Shown: positions 7,784-16,450 of the stretch, one piece after another
Position numbering within the stretch: position 1 is the first letter of the stretch
Layout of the letters: each line of letters begins with the position of its first letter
Assembly: GCA_003133025.1 (NCBI GenBank)
Contig: PKZK01000052.1
Coordinates: forward strand, 1-19,937
DNA length: 19,937 bases
Origin: Vulcanimicrobiota bacterium
GTDB taxonomy: Bacteria > Vulcanimicrobiota > Vulcanimicrobiia > Vulcanimicrobiales > Vulcanimicrobiaceae
Direction of reading: 5' to 3'
The notes under the pieces: generated by a model
Told to the model about the DNA's origin: nothing
Databases searched by the model: none
Seen by the model: the letters and a program-made list of their open reading frames with translations, nothing else
Made by a program: the position numbers and the translations under genes

Positions 7784-10300
7784 ATGCGCGCACTCGGCCT
7801 CTCTCGCTGGCTCGGCGGCTCCGCAATGTTCGTGGCCCTGATCGCCGTCGCGTTCGGCCAAGAACTGCCCGCCAAGCTCGTCATCCACATGGGCTTCGGC
7901 GGGGTGATTCGCGAGGTCCAGGCGCCGCATCCCAACGGCTCGCAGCCCGCGTGCCCGCAACCGTTGAAGCCGGCACCGGTCACGCTCTTCAGCACCGACG
8001 CGGGGGCGCAGGCGCTGTACTGCATCAGCGCTTCACCGGGCGGACTGGACGTCGAGTTCTCGGTTCCCACGCCGCAGCATCCGGTCGATTTCGACTATCC
8101 GCCCGTGCTCAGTTGCGTCACGCTGCGTTCGTCGGACATGCGCGATGCGCTCGTTTCCGTCACGGTCAACGTGAACGACAAGCCGTTTCCGATCGAGTGC
8201 GACATCGATCGCTCGTTCCTCTACGCGCTGTCGGTCGAACGGCACGGCCCGGCCGGCCTGGCCTTCATCCATCCCGCGCCGGGCGCGCGTGCGTGGCAAG
8301 CCTCGATTGAAATCCCCTGGACCGTCTTGCAGCTTCGCTCGCATGCCTCCACGTTGCAGATCGCGCTGGCCGCGGGTGAGAATCGCAAGCCGCTCGTCGT
8401 GCCGGTCGACGTGAACGTCGACGATCGCGATGGAAACCTGTCGTTCGCGTACTCGCCGCTCGTGCGCTACACCACGCCCGCCCCATCGTCGAAGCGGCCT
8501 CCGCCGCGGCTGCACGAGGTGCAGACCGACATCATGTATTCGCCCACGCAGAACGTGTTGCTCGATTCGGCGTTCGCGCAAAACGATGCGGCGGTCGCAG
8601 TCCAACGCGCCTACTCCGAGGTCATCGGCGGCGCACCGCTGCCGCTGCCCAGCGCCGCCTCGTTGACGACCGGACCCGAGACGATCATCACGCGCACCAC
8701 GCCGCTCGTGTCGTTCCTGAAGCCGAGTAACGCGCTGGGGGATCAAGACCTGCGCGTGTTCTTCGACTCCGCGCCGTTCGCGATCAATAAGGTCGGCAGT
8801 TTGGCCTCGGGGTTCACCGCGGGCTACGCCTCGCCGACGCTCAATGCCGGCGCCTTCTACGGTCTACAACGGCCGGGTCTGTACGACGAAGCGTACGCCA
8901 TCACCGCCATCGTTCCGACGCCCGAACCTCGCGTGTTGCCCTCGCCGACGCCCACGCCCGTGCCGACCGCCACGCCGACGCCCGTGAAGCTCGGCGTGGC
9001 GCCGCCGCCCCTGGCCACGCCGGGCCCGATCGAAGAATCGAAGACGTCGCACGATCCGCTCGCGACCGTCACGCTGCTCGACTCGATCGTGGGCAGCGGC
9101 ACCTCGTTCGACAACGTGTCCGGCATCGCGTTCGGCACGAACTTCTATCGCAATGCGTGTGCCTCCGAAGTGCTCTATTGCGCGGTGACCTTCCACGTGT
9201 TCGGCAGCGCGCAGTACGACGAGTATCCGCTCGAGTCGGCACCCAAGCCGCTCGTGCCGCTCGACGCCACGACGACGCAGGCCGCCGGCGAATCCGCTTC
9301 GTACACCAAGATTCTCTCGGCGACCGGCAGCAACCCGACGTTTTTCCAGCTCGGCGAGATGTTCGCGGCGCAGGATGCCGACCGCTTTTACGCGCCGGCG
9401 TCGGGCACGGTCACCGCATTCGCGCCGCTGAGCGGGCCGATCGGCCACCTCACGGCTTCGTATGGCACCGGCTCCAACGAGCACGTGTATTCGGCCGACT
9501 TGCTGGCAACGCGTTTGACCTCGCCCTACGGCGACGTTTTCACCGACACGTCGTGGCAGGCCGTGATCCCCTTCGACACCGGAGGCTTCCGCGGCTGGAC
9601 GTTCAACGCGGGCATTCAGTCGGAGTCGGTCTCGGATCGCGTCGCGGAGCTGCAACAGGGTTTGGTTCCGTCGTATTTCGCGGCCGTCTATCCGAGCGCG
9701 AAGTCGCTGACGCAGCCCGTCGCCGAAGGCTACGTGCGCCCGCAGACGCAGCAGAACGCAACGCTGACCTCTCCGACGTTCGACGTTGCGGGCGTCTCGC
9801 TGCAATTTGCCGGCGGCTTTCAGAACGGATCGGTGACCGATTGCGCGCCGGCGGGCAAGACGATCGACTGCGCGAGCGCGCACGATCATGCGGCCACGTG
9901 GGCCTTCTTCGCGACCCGTCAGCCGATCGGTTTCGGGATTGCGAACACCTCGAGCGCTTCGATTCCCGGCGACCTGTCGCTGGCGGCGACCTCGAAGTAC
10001 TTCGGATCGTACGTCAACGCGCCGGGCTCGGTGACGTCGTACATCTCGTACACGCGTTGCGTCGGCGTCGCGGCGGCCTACACCAACGCGGCGTATCCGA
10101 CGGGCATCCCCTTGCCCCAAAAGGGTTCGACCATCTCCGCCAAGCTCTACTATCCGGTGAGCTTCTTCGGCGTCGAAGGCGGTTATTTCCGCACGACGGA
10201 TTTCCAGAGTTCGACGTACAATCAGTCGGGCTACTACGCTCTGTTGCGTTTCGGCACCGACTTCAGAAGGCCGAAGCCGGCGCCGGGTTGCCCTGCTTAG
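7784..10300 (+). CDS. Exported 838-aa protein, probable outer-membrane beta-barrel with a CBM9-like N-terminal region (DUF5916-like, divergent)
   Basis: Signal peptide ending AVAFG-Q. WQASIEIPWTVL resembles the CBM9-like W-x-x-E-x-x-IP-W motif. DIMYSPTQNVLLDSAF and DLRVFF loosely match DUF5916-family segments. The C-terminal half has many amphipathic, aromatic-rich strands (GWTFNAGIQS, VSLQFAGGFQ, ISAKLYYPV, FGVEGGYF, YYALLRFG). Pro/Thr linker near 8910-9030. The coding call is solid; the family call is tentative. Confidence 0.5.
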   Translation: MRALGLSRWLGGSAMFVALIAVAFGQELPAKLVIHMGFGGVIREVQAPHPNGSQPACPQPLKPAPVTLFSTDAGAQALYCISASPGGLDVEFSVPTPQHPVDFDYPPVLSCVTLRSSDMRDALVSVTVNVNDKPFPIECDIDRSFLYALSVERHGPAGLAFIHPAPGARAWQASIEIPWTVLQLRSHASTLQIALAAGENRKPLVVPVDVNVDDRDGNLSFAYSPLVRYTTPAPSSKRPPPRLHEVQTDIMYSPTQNVLLDSAFAQNDAAVAVQRAYSEVIGGAPLPLPSAASLTTGPETIITRTTPLVSFLKPSNALGDQDLRVFFDSAPFAINKVGSLASGFTAGYASPTLNAGAFYGLQRPGLYDEAYAITAIVPTPEPRVLPSPTPTPVPTATPTPVKLGVAPPPLATPGPIEESKTSHDPLATVTLLDSIVGSGTSFDNVSGIAFGTNFYRNACASEVLYCAVTFHVFGSAQYDEYPLESAPKPLVPLDATTTQAAGESASYTKILSATGSNPTFFQLGEMFAAQDADRFYAPASGTVTAFAPLSGPIGHLTASYGTGSNEHVYSADLLATRLTSPYGDVFTDTSWQAVIPFDTGGFRGWTFNAGIQSESVSDRVAELQQGLVPSYFAAVYPSAKSLTQPVAEGYVRPQTQQNATLTSPTFDVAGVSLQFAGGFQNGSVTDCAPAGKTIDCASAHDHAATWAFFATRQPIGFGIANTSSASIPGDLSLAATSKYFGSYVNAPGSVTSYISYTRCVGVAAAYTNAAYPTGIPLPQKGSTISAKLYYPVSFFGVEGGYFRTTDFQSSTYNQSGYYALLRFGTDFRRPKPAPGCPA

Positions 10301-10311
10301 GAGAAGAGTCG

Positions 10312-11520
10312 ATGCTCCGCAAAACCGCGTTATTCTCGGCCTTGCTGCTGGCCGCCGGATCGCCCCTGGTCGCGGGCGCCTCGGCCTACGAGCAGAAGGT
10401 GAAGGCGAGTTTGGCGCTGATCGGTTATCCGGTCGACGATAAGCGGCTCACGATCGCGTTCGGCACCGGCTTTTGCGTCAATTCCTCAGCGGCCAAATCC
10501 TATTATGTCACCAACAACCACGTCGTCACCGATCGAACCGGCAACCTCGCACCGAACCTCTTCTTGATCCAAGCCAAGGCGCCCGGGACGCGACTGAAGG
10601 CCACGGTGCTCCGGCACAGCGTGGATCCCGATCTCGCGATCGTCGCGGTCGATGCGCCGTGCGACGGCACCGTGAAGTTGAGTCGCAGCGTGCCCGAGGA
10701 GGGCGACGAGATCGCGATCGCGGGATTTCCGTACGTGGAAGTTTGCGAGGAAGCGGGGCTGTGCAGTCCGTCCTTGCTCGCGCCCGACGCGCACAAGGGC
10801 AAGCTCGGGCCGATCCTGAGCCCCGGGCACGTGAACGAGGCGCAAGAGGGCACCTATTCGATCATCTACGATGCCAAAGCCGATCACGGCAATAGCGGCG
10901 GCCCGCTCTTCGACGCGCAATCGGGCGTTGTGTACGGCATCGTGGTCGACGTGCTGCCCGGTTATGCCGACGAAGGCGCGCCCCCGTCGACGACGTACAA
11001 TCGCGCGATCGCGATGGGCGTGGGTCTGCCCTTCATCAACGGTGCGCCGGTGACGGTCGCGCTCGACGTCGCGCCCGGCGGTCAGCGCGGTGGCGGGGGC
11101 GTGACGGATCGCTACGCCTCGGCCGCGCTCGGTTCGCCCGCTTGCCGCACCGCGTGGCGTTCGTTCGATCAGGCCTACGGCGAGTGGGCCCAGGCGCACG
11201 GACGCATCGTTTCGCTCGCCGATTTCCTCGCGCAACCCGCCAACGCGGCACGCAAGGACGAGTTGCAACCGCTGGAGGCAACGCTCGCGGCGCACGAGAG
11301 CGACGTGCTCGGCCGGCTGCGGACGTCGTTCGCCGCCATGCAGAGTTCGGGTGCGACGTCGATCGTGAAACCCGCCGGCGCGCTGGTCGACGCGGTGGCC
11401 GCATCCACTGCAGAGGATGCGGCGCCGGGCAGCGGTTCGGCCGCCAAAGCCGACGCGGCTGCGGCGACTCGCCTCAAGGCCGCTGCTCAAGCCATGGACT
11501 CGGTCAGCGCGTGCCTTTGA
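10312..11520 (+). CDS. Secreted trypsin-like (S1/Trypsin_2) serine protease with a C-terminal helical domain, 402 aa
   Basis: True start is ATG 10312 after AGGAGA, in the same frame as ORF-track 9157..11520. Signal peptide MLRKTALFSALLLAAGSPLVAGA. Motifs GTGF, VTNNHVV (His 10519-10521), DPDLAIV (Asp), IAIAGFP, HGNSGGPLFD (Ser 10894-10896), GxVYGIV. A Gly-rich linker PGGQRGGGG precedes an Ala-rich helical region. Confidence 0.9.
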   Translation: MLRKTALFSALLLAAGSPLVAGASAYEQKVKASLALIGYPVDDKRLTIAFGTGFCVNSSAAKSYYVTNNHVVTDRTGNLAPNLFLIQAKAPGTRLKATVLRHSVDPDLAIVAVDAPCDGTVKLSRSVPEEGDEIAIAGFPYVEVCEEAGLCSPSLLAPDAHKGKLGPILSPGHVNEAQEGTYSIIYDAKADHGNSGGPLFDAQSGVVYGIVVDVLPGYADEGAPPSTTYNRAIAMGVGLPFINGAPVTVALDVAPGGQRGGGGVTDRYASAALGSPACRTAWRSFDQAYGEWAQAHGRIVSLADFLAQPANAARKDELQPLEATLAAHESDVLGRLRTSFAAMQSSGATSIVKPAGALVDAVAASTAEDAAPGSGSAAKADAAAATRLKAAAQAMDSVSACL

Positions 11521-11536
11521 TCTCGAATAGCGTCGT

Positions 11537-12946
11537 GTGAGGTTGCGCCGCTGGTGGTCGAGCCTCTCCCGGCGGCAGCGCGGGTTCGCGGTCAACGTGG
11601 CCATCGGCGTCGGCATAGCGGTCTTTGCCGCACTCTTCGAGAGCAATGCCGCGGTCGGCAAGGTTCGCGACGCGCTGCTTACCTGGCAGGTGGCGCAGTT
11701 TGCCTCGACCGATGCAGGGCGCAACATCCTCTGGCTGGACGTCGACGATGCAACATATCGTACCTGGCATACGCCCCCGATCACCCCGCGCGATAGGCTG
11801 TGCCGCCTCATCGACTTCGCGGTGCGCGGGAAGGCTCGCGTCATCGTGGTCGACGTCGACGTGACCAATCCGTCGGTGCCCGGCACGTTTCCGCCGGAAG
11901 TGCCGTGTTCCGGCGCGGGCGGCGCAGCCGCAGGCTCGGCCGACGCTGAGTTCCTGGCGTATCTCCGGCACTATTCGAGCGCGTGCAAAGGGCGCGACGC
12001 TGTCGCCGGGTGTCCGCCGATCGTGCTCGTGCGCGACTTGCGCACCTCGTATCTCTCGAACTTCGACGACGGTGCGCCCGCGCGCACGCAGCGTGCGTCG
12101 TTCGTCGACGCATCGGTCGGTGCGGGAAACGGCCCGGTGTACTGGAGCTCGCCGAATTTCAGCGTCGACGACGATGCGATGATCCGGCTCTGGCGCTTGT
12201 GGGAGCCGCTGTGCGATCCGGCGTCGGTGCTGCCCTCGACGGAGTTGCTGGCCGGCGTCCTGTTTGCGGGCAGCGACGTGCAACGCATGCGGCAAGCCGT
12301 CGACACGTTTCGTCCGGCCTGCGCGCCCGTCTCGGGCGGCGCCGCGCACACGTTGACCGCGACCGTGCCCGTGCAAACCCGGGTCGACGTCGGCTATCCC
12401 CTGCAACTGCAAAGCGATGCCGCGCTGCGCCGGTTCTTCTATCGCGTCGGCTGGGACGCGCGGAGCGGCCGAGCCTCGATGGCCGCGTTCGTGCCCGCCC
12501 AACTCGTGACCGAAGCGGACGCGCAGCATGCCTTCGATCCGTCGATTGCGGCGGGCCGGATCGTGGTGATCGGCGGCAGTTATGCCGACAATCCCGACTT
12601 CCACCGCACGCCGCTGGGCATGCTGCCGGGCACGCTGATCTTGATCAACGCCATCGATGCCTTGATCCACGACGACACGGTGCGCGAAACGCCGCTGTTC
12701 TTGCGCGTGGCCGTCGAGCTCGCGCTGATCTTGACGATCAGCGTGGTCTTTCTCTATTTGCCCGCGATCCCGGCGATGCTGGTGTCGTCTTTGCTGGTCG
12801 TCGTCTCGGCCCTGACCCTGGGCTTCGTGTTCTTGAACGCGGGCTATTTCATCGACCCCGTGCTGCCTTTGATCGGCATTCAGATCCACAGTTTCATCGA
12901 TATCTTCGAGCACCGCCTTCGTCACGGCAAGGCGCACGCCGCGTGA
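11537..12946 (+). CDS. CHASE2-domain membrane sensor protein with no cytoplasmic output domain
   Basis: N-terminal TM helix ([18 protein letters not shown]). CHASE2 motifs [20 protein letters not shown]...[49 protein letters not shown]. Then three hydrophobic helices and a stop about 15 residues later. The GTG start at 11537 is uncertain. Confidence 0.85.
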   Translation: MRLRRWWSSLSRRQRGFAVNVAIGVGIAVFAALFESNAAVGKVRDALLTWQVAQFASTDAGRNILWLDVDDATYRTWHTPPITPRDRLCRLIDFAVRGKARVIVVDVDVTNPSVPGTFPPEVPCSGAGGAAAGSADAEFLAYLRHYSSACKGRDAVAGCPPIVLVRDLRTSYLSNFDDGAPARTQRASFVDASVGAGNGPVYWSSPNFSVDDDAMIRLWRLWEPLCDPASVLPSTELLAGVLFAGSDVQRMRQAVDTFRPACAPVSGGAAHTLTATVPVQTRVDVGYPLQLQSDAALRRFFYRVGWDARSGRASMAAFVPAQLVTEADAQHAFDPSIAAGRIVVIGGSYADNPDFHRTPLGMLPGTLILINAIDALIHDDTVRETPLFLRVAVELALILTISVVFLYLPAIPAMLVSSLLVVVSALTLGFVFLNAGYFIDPVLPLIGIQIHSFIDIFEHRLRHGKAHAA

Positions 12947-13860
12947 GGTGCGGGCGGGCGTGGCTCGGCATCGTCGCATCGTGCGCGGGCGCCTTTGCGG
13001 CAGCGCCTGCCCTTGCGGCTGCCGGCGCGCAGGTCGTGACGCTCTACGTATTGTCGTACTCGGGACCGGCATCGGTCTGGCACATCGAGCGCGGCACGCA
13101 ACACCTCGCGCCCAAGAACGGTTTGGCGCTGCAGCCGGCGGACTGCATCACGCTCGACGCGTCGGCCGCGCAGTCGGCCGCGATGACGGTGGTGGTCGAT
13201 GGCCGCGAGATCGCCGTCTCGCATGCGAACCCGCATTACTGCGTGAGCGCGGATGCGCCGCAGAATCCGGTGCTGGCCGCGATCGGCCGGAGTTTCGCGT
13301 CACTTGCGGGCGTGTTCCACGACGCCGAGTCCGACTACAACACGCAGTCGACCACCTCTGCCGTCTCGCGCGGCGGCCCGTTCACGCCGCACATCGCGAT
13401 GCCGCTGTTGGGACAGGACGATCAGCGCGTCGTTGCGGGAAACCGGGCGCTGGCGTTGGTGTGGGCGCCGGGGAAGGCGCCGTATACCGTGACGGTCGCG
13501 CTCGCCGGCGCCGCCTCGGCGCTGGTCAGCGCCACCTCGGAGACGAACACGGTCAGGCTCGCCGCGGCCTCGTACGCGGCGGGAAGCTACGTCGTGACCG
13601 TCCGCGACGCGAAGAACGTAGCGGGCGAAAAGCGTTTCACGGTAGTGCCGGAGAGCGCGTTGCCGGCGCCGACCGCCGACGAGGCCGCGATCCTGGCCGA
13701 CCCGGCCACCCCGGCCGACGTGCGCGCCGCCTTCGACGCGGCCCGTCTGATGAACGATTCGAGCGACGCGTGGCGGCTCGAAGCGTACCAGCGCGTCGTG
13801 GGCCACGGCGGTTCGGAACTGGCCCGGCGCTTGATCTATCAGCTCGAAAACGACGGCTAG
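12943..13860 (+). CDS. Secreted protein, 305 aa: FecR-like N-terminal beta region, SRG motif, Ig-like domain and helical tail (DUF928-like layout)
   Basis: GTG at 12943 overlaps the CHASE2 stop (GTGA), in the frame of ORF-track 11983..13860. Signal peptide ending AAAPALA-A. Beta region with [20 protein letters not shown] at 13354-13377; [16 protein letters not shown]...GSYVVTV...RFTVV (Ig/FN3-like); C-terminal helix with AWRLEAY. The coding call is good; the family call is inferred. Confidence 0.65.
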   Translation: MRCGRAWLGIVASCAGAFAAAPALAAAGAQVVTLYVLSYSGPASVWHIERGTQHLAPKNGLALQPADCITLDASAAQSAAMTVVVDGREIAVSHANPHYCVSADAPQNPVLAAIGRSFASLAGVFHDAESDYNTQSTTSAVSRGGPFTPHIAMPLLGQDDQRVVAGNRALALVWAPGKAPYTVTVALAGAASALVSATSETNTVRLAAASYAAGSYVVTVRDAKNVAGEKRFTVVPESALPAPTADEAAILADPATPADVRAAFDAARLMNDSSDAWRLEAYQRVVGHGGSELARRLIYQLENDG

Positions 13861-13904
13861 GCGGCCTTCCGAGGGCGTGCCGCAAGCGCGCCGAAACGTG
13901 GCGC

Positions 13905-15575
13905 ATGAGGCTTGAGAGCTACGCGAGCGGTGCGAGCACGCTGCCGCTGATCGGCGAATCGATCGGCGCGCACTTCAAGCGAATCGCGGCGCGCTATCCC
14001 GGCAACGAGGCGGTGGTCTCGGTGCACCAGGGTCTCCGTCTGACGTACGCCGAGTTGGACGCGTTGACCGACCGCTTCGCTCGCGGCCTGATGGCGCTCG
14101 GCGTGAACCACGGCGATCGGGTGGGCATCTGGTCGACCAACTCGCTCGAGTGGGTCGTGGCCCAATTCGCCACGCCGAAGATCGGCGCGATCCTGGTCAA
14201 CGTCAATCCCGCCTATCGTACCTCCGAAGCGGCGTATGCGCTGGAACAAAGCGGGGTCTCCGTACTCTTGACCCAAGTGCGCCACAAAACCAGCGAGTAC
14301 GTCGAAATCCTGCGCGAGATTCGCGACGGATTGCCCGCACTGCGCAGCATCGTGCTCCTCGGAGAAGAAGCGCCGCACTCGCCGCTGCCGGGCGCGCTTC
14401 GCTGGGACGACGTGCTCGATCTCGCCGACGGCGTGAGCGAACACAAGCTGGAAGCGCGGCTTGCCGCGGCGCAGTTCGACGAAGCGATCAACATCCAGTA
14501 TACCTCGGGCACCACCGGCTTCCCCAAGGGTGCGACGCTCACGCACCACAACATCCTCAATAACGGATTCTTCATCGGCGAGGGCTGCCGCTACACGCCG
14601 GCCGATCGCGTCTGCATCCCGGTGCCGTTCTACCACTGCTTCGGCATGGTGCTGGGCAATTTGGCCGTGGTTACGCACGGCGCGACGATCGTGATTCCCA
14701 ACTACACCTTCGATGCCGCCGCCTCGCTGGATGCCGTGCGCAAGGAGCGTTGCAGCGCACTCTACGGCGTGCCCACCATGTTCATCGCCGAGTTGGCCTT
14801 GCCCGACTTCGCCACCTACGATTGCAGCACGCTGCGCACGGGCATCATGGCGGGCTCGCCCTGTCCCGTCGAGATCATGAAGCGCGTGCAGACCGAGATG
14901 CACATGCCCGAGGTCACGATCTGTTACGGCATGACCGAGACTTCGCCCGTCTCGACGCAGACGGCCGTCGACGATCCCATCGACAAACGCACCGGAACCG
15001 TCGGGCGCGTGCACCCGCACCTCGAGGTCAAGATCGTCGACGAGCACGGCCGCATCGTGCCGCGCGGCACGCCCGGCGAACTCTGTACGCGGGGCTACAG
15101 CGTGATGCTCGGCTATTGGAACGACCCGGTCAACACCGCCGGCGCGATCGATGCCGCACGCTACATGCACACCGGCGACATCGCCGTGATGGACGAAGAA
15201 GGCTACGTCAACATCGCGGGCCGGATCAAAGACATGGTCATCCGTGGGGGCGAGAACGTCTATCCGCGCGAGGTGGAAGAATTCTTGTACACCCACCCTG
15301 CGGTGAAGGATGTAGCCGTCATCGGCGTGCCCGATGAGAAATACGGCGAAGAGCTCTGCGCCTGGGTCATCCTGCACGAGAGTGCGGTCGCGACCGAAGA
15401 CGACATCAAAACGTACTGCCGCGGTAAGATCGCGCACTTCAAAGTGCCGCGCTACGTGAAGTTTGTGAACGAACTGCCGATGACGGTGACCGGCAAGATT
15501 CAAAAGTACAAAATGCGCGAACAGTCGACGCTCGAACTCGGCTTGAGCGCGGCGGCGAGGATCGTCACGGCCTGA
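13905..15575 (+). CDS. AMP-binding acyl-CoA synthetase (ACSF2/FadD-like fatty-acid-CoA ligase), 556 aa
   Basis: ATG at 13905 in the frame of ORF-track 12948..15575. ANL-superfamily motifs [98 protein letters not shown]. Confidence 0.95.
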   Translation: MRLESYASGASTLPLIGESIGAHFKRIAARYPGNEAVVSVHQGLRLTYAELDALTDRFARGLMALGVNHGDRVGIWSTNSLEWVVAQFATPKIGAILVNVNPAYRTSEAAYALEQSGVSVLLTQVRHKTSEYVEILREIRDGLPALRSIVLLGEEAPHSPLPGALRWDDVLDLADGVSEHKLEARLAAAQFDEAINIQYTSGTTGFPKGATLTHHNILNNGFFIGEGCRYTPADRVCIPVPFYHCFGMVLGNLAVVTHGATIVIPNYTFDAAASLDAVRKERCSALYGVPTMFIAELALPDFATYDCSTLRTGIMAGSPCPVEIMKRVQTEMHMPEVTICYGMTETSPVSTQTAVDDPIDKRTGTVGRVHPHLEVKIVDEHGRIVPRGTPGELCTRGYSVMLGYWNDPVNTAGAIDAARYMHTGDIAVMDEEGYVNIAGRIKDMVIRGGENVYPREVEEFLYTHPAVKDVAVIGVPDEKYGEELCAWVILHESAVATEDDIKTYCRGKIAHFKVPRYVKFVNELPMTVTGKIQKYKMREQSTLELGLSAAARIVTA

Positions 15576-16450
15576 TGCCCTGGTCCGCAGGCTATCGCAG
15601 CGTCGACGTGCTCGACGAGCACACCGGCACGCGCTCGGATACCAGCGTCTTCTATCCGAGCGACGCGCCCGAGGAGGCGGTAACCCTGGGCCGCTACGTT
15701 CTCGACGTGGCCGTCGACGGCGCGCCCGCGCACGGCCCGTTTCCGCTGGTCGTCATCTCGCACGGCGGCGGCGGGACGCCGCTCGTGTACCGCCTGCTGG
15801 CGCAGCACCTGGCGCGCAACGGTTTCGTGGTCGCCGTGCCCACGCACCCGTTCAATAACGTTCGCGACAACGCGTGGCAGGGCAGAGTGGAGAATCTGCG
15901 CGCTCGCCCCGCGCTGATTCACAGCGTGCTGGACTGGTCGTTCGCAGATGCCGAGTTCGGGCCGATCCTGAAGCCGGGTGTCGCGGCAGTCGTCGGGCAT
16001 TCGATGGGCGGCTACAGCGCGCTCGCGGCAGCAGGCGGCGTCGCGACCGCGTTTCCGCGCGAAACCGCCAACGGCGAAGCGGTGGAGGTGAGCGTCGAAC
16101 CAGACCCACGCATCAAGGCCCTCGTGCTGCTCGCGCCCGCAACGGTCTGGTTCTCCGGCGAGGACGCACTTCGTCGCGTGACGGTACCAGTTCTTATGCT
16201 CTCCGCCGAACACGACGAACTGACGCCGGCGAAGCACGGACGGGTCGTTGCGGACCGCCTGCCCCAGAAGGAGAAGCTGCTGCAGCGCGTCGTGCGCAAC
16301 GCCGGTCACTATTCGTTTCTCGGACCGTTTCCCGAAGCGCTGACCAAACCGTCCTTTCCGCCGTCGCAAGATCCGCCCGGCTTCGACCGCGTGCGTTTCT
16401 TGGCCGAACTCAACCTCGAGGTGACCGAGTTCTTGAAGCGCCATGTCTGA
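15575..16450 (+). CDS. Alpha/beta-fold hydrolase (PAF-acetylhydrolase/chlorophyllase/dienelactone-hydrolase-like)
   Basis: TGATG stop-start coupling with the upstream gene. PLVVISHGGGG, LARNGFVVA, nucleophile elbow GHSMGG, DPRIKALVLLAP, acid in AEHDELTP, His in NAGHYSFL. Confidence 0.88.
   Translation: MPWSAGYRSVDVLDEHTGTRSDTSVFYPSDAPEEAVTLGRYVLDVAVDGAPAHGPFPLVVISHGGGGTPLVYRLLAQHLARNGFVVAVPTHPFNNVRDNAWQGRVENLRARPALIHSVLDWSFADAEFGPILKPGVAAVVGHSMGGYSALAAAGGVATAFPRETANGEAVEVSVEPDPRIKALVLLAPATVWFSGEDALRRVTVPVLMLSAEHDELTPAKHGRVVADRLPQKEKLLQRVVRNAGHYSFLGPFPEALTKPSFPPSQDPPGFDRVRFLAELNLEVTEFLKRHV

Noticed and set aside
9157..10311. N-terminal extension of the ORF-track 787-aa protein
   Set aside because: It overlaps the 7784..10300 gene in another frame and reads as Arg-rich nonsense. 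The SD, ATG and signal peptide at 10312 mark the real start.
11983..12942. Upstream part of the 625-aa ORF, considered as a frameshifted CHASE2 output domain
   Set aside because: It is an alternative frame of the CHASE2 gene. The sensible protein starts at GTG 12943 with its own signal peptide and has no kinase or cyclase motifs.
12948..13904. N-terminal extension of the 875-aa ORF on the acyl-CoA synthetase
   Set aside because: It overlaps the 12943..13860 gene out of frame. Synthetase-like sequence and typical length begin at ATG 13905.
13857..15503. 548-aa minus-strand ORF (and similar ones such as 11504..13072, 10486..11886, 8864..10120)
   Set aside because: These are antisense to well-supported genes and have no recognisable motifs.
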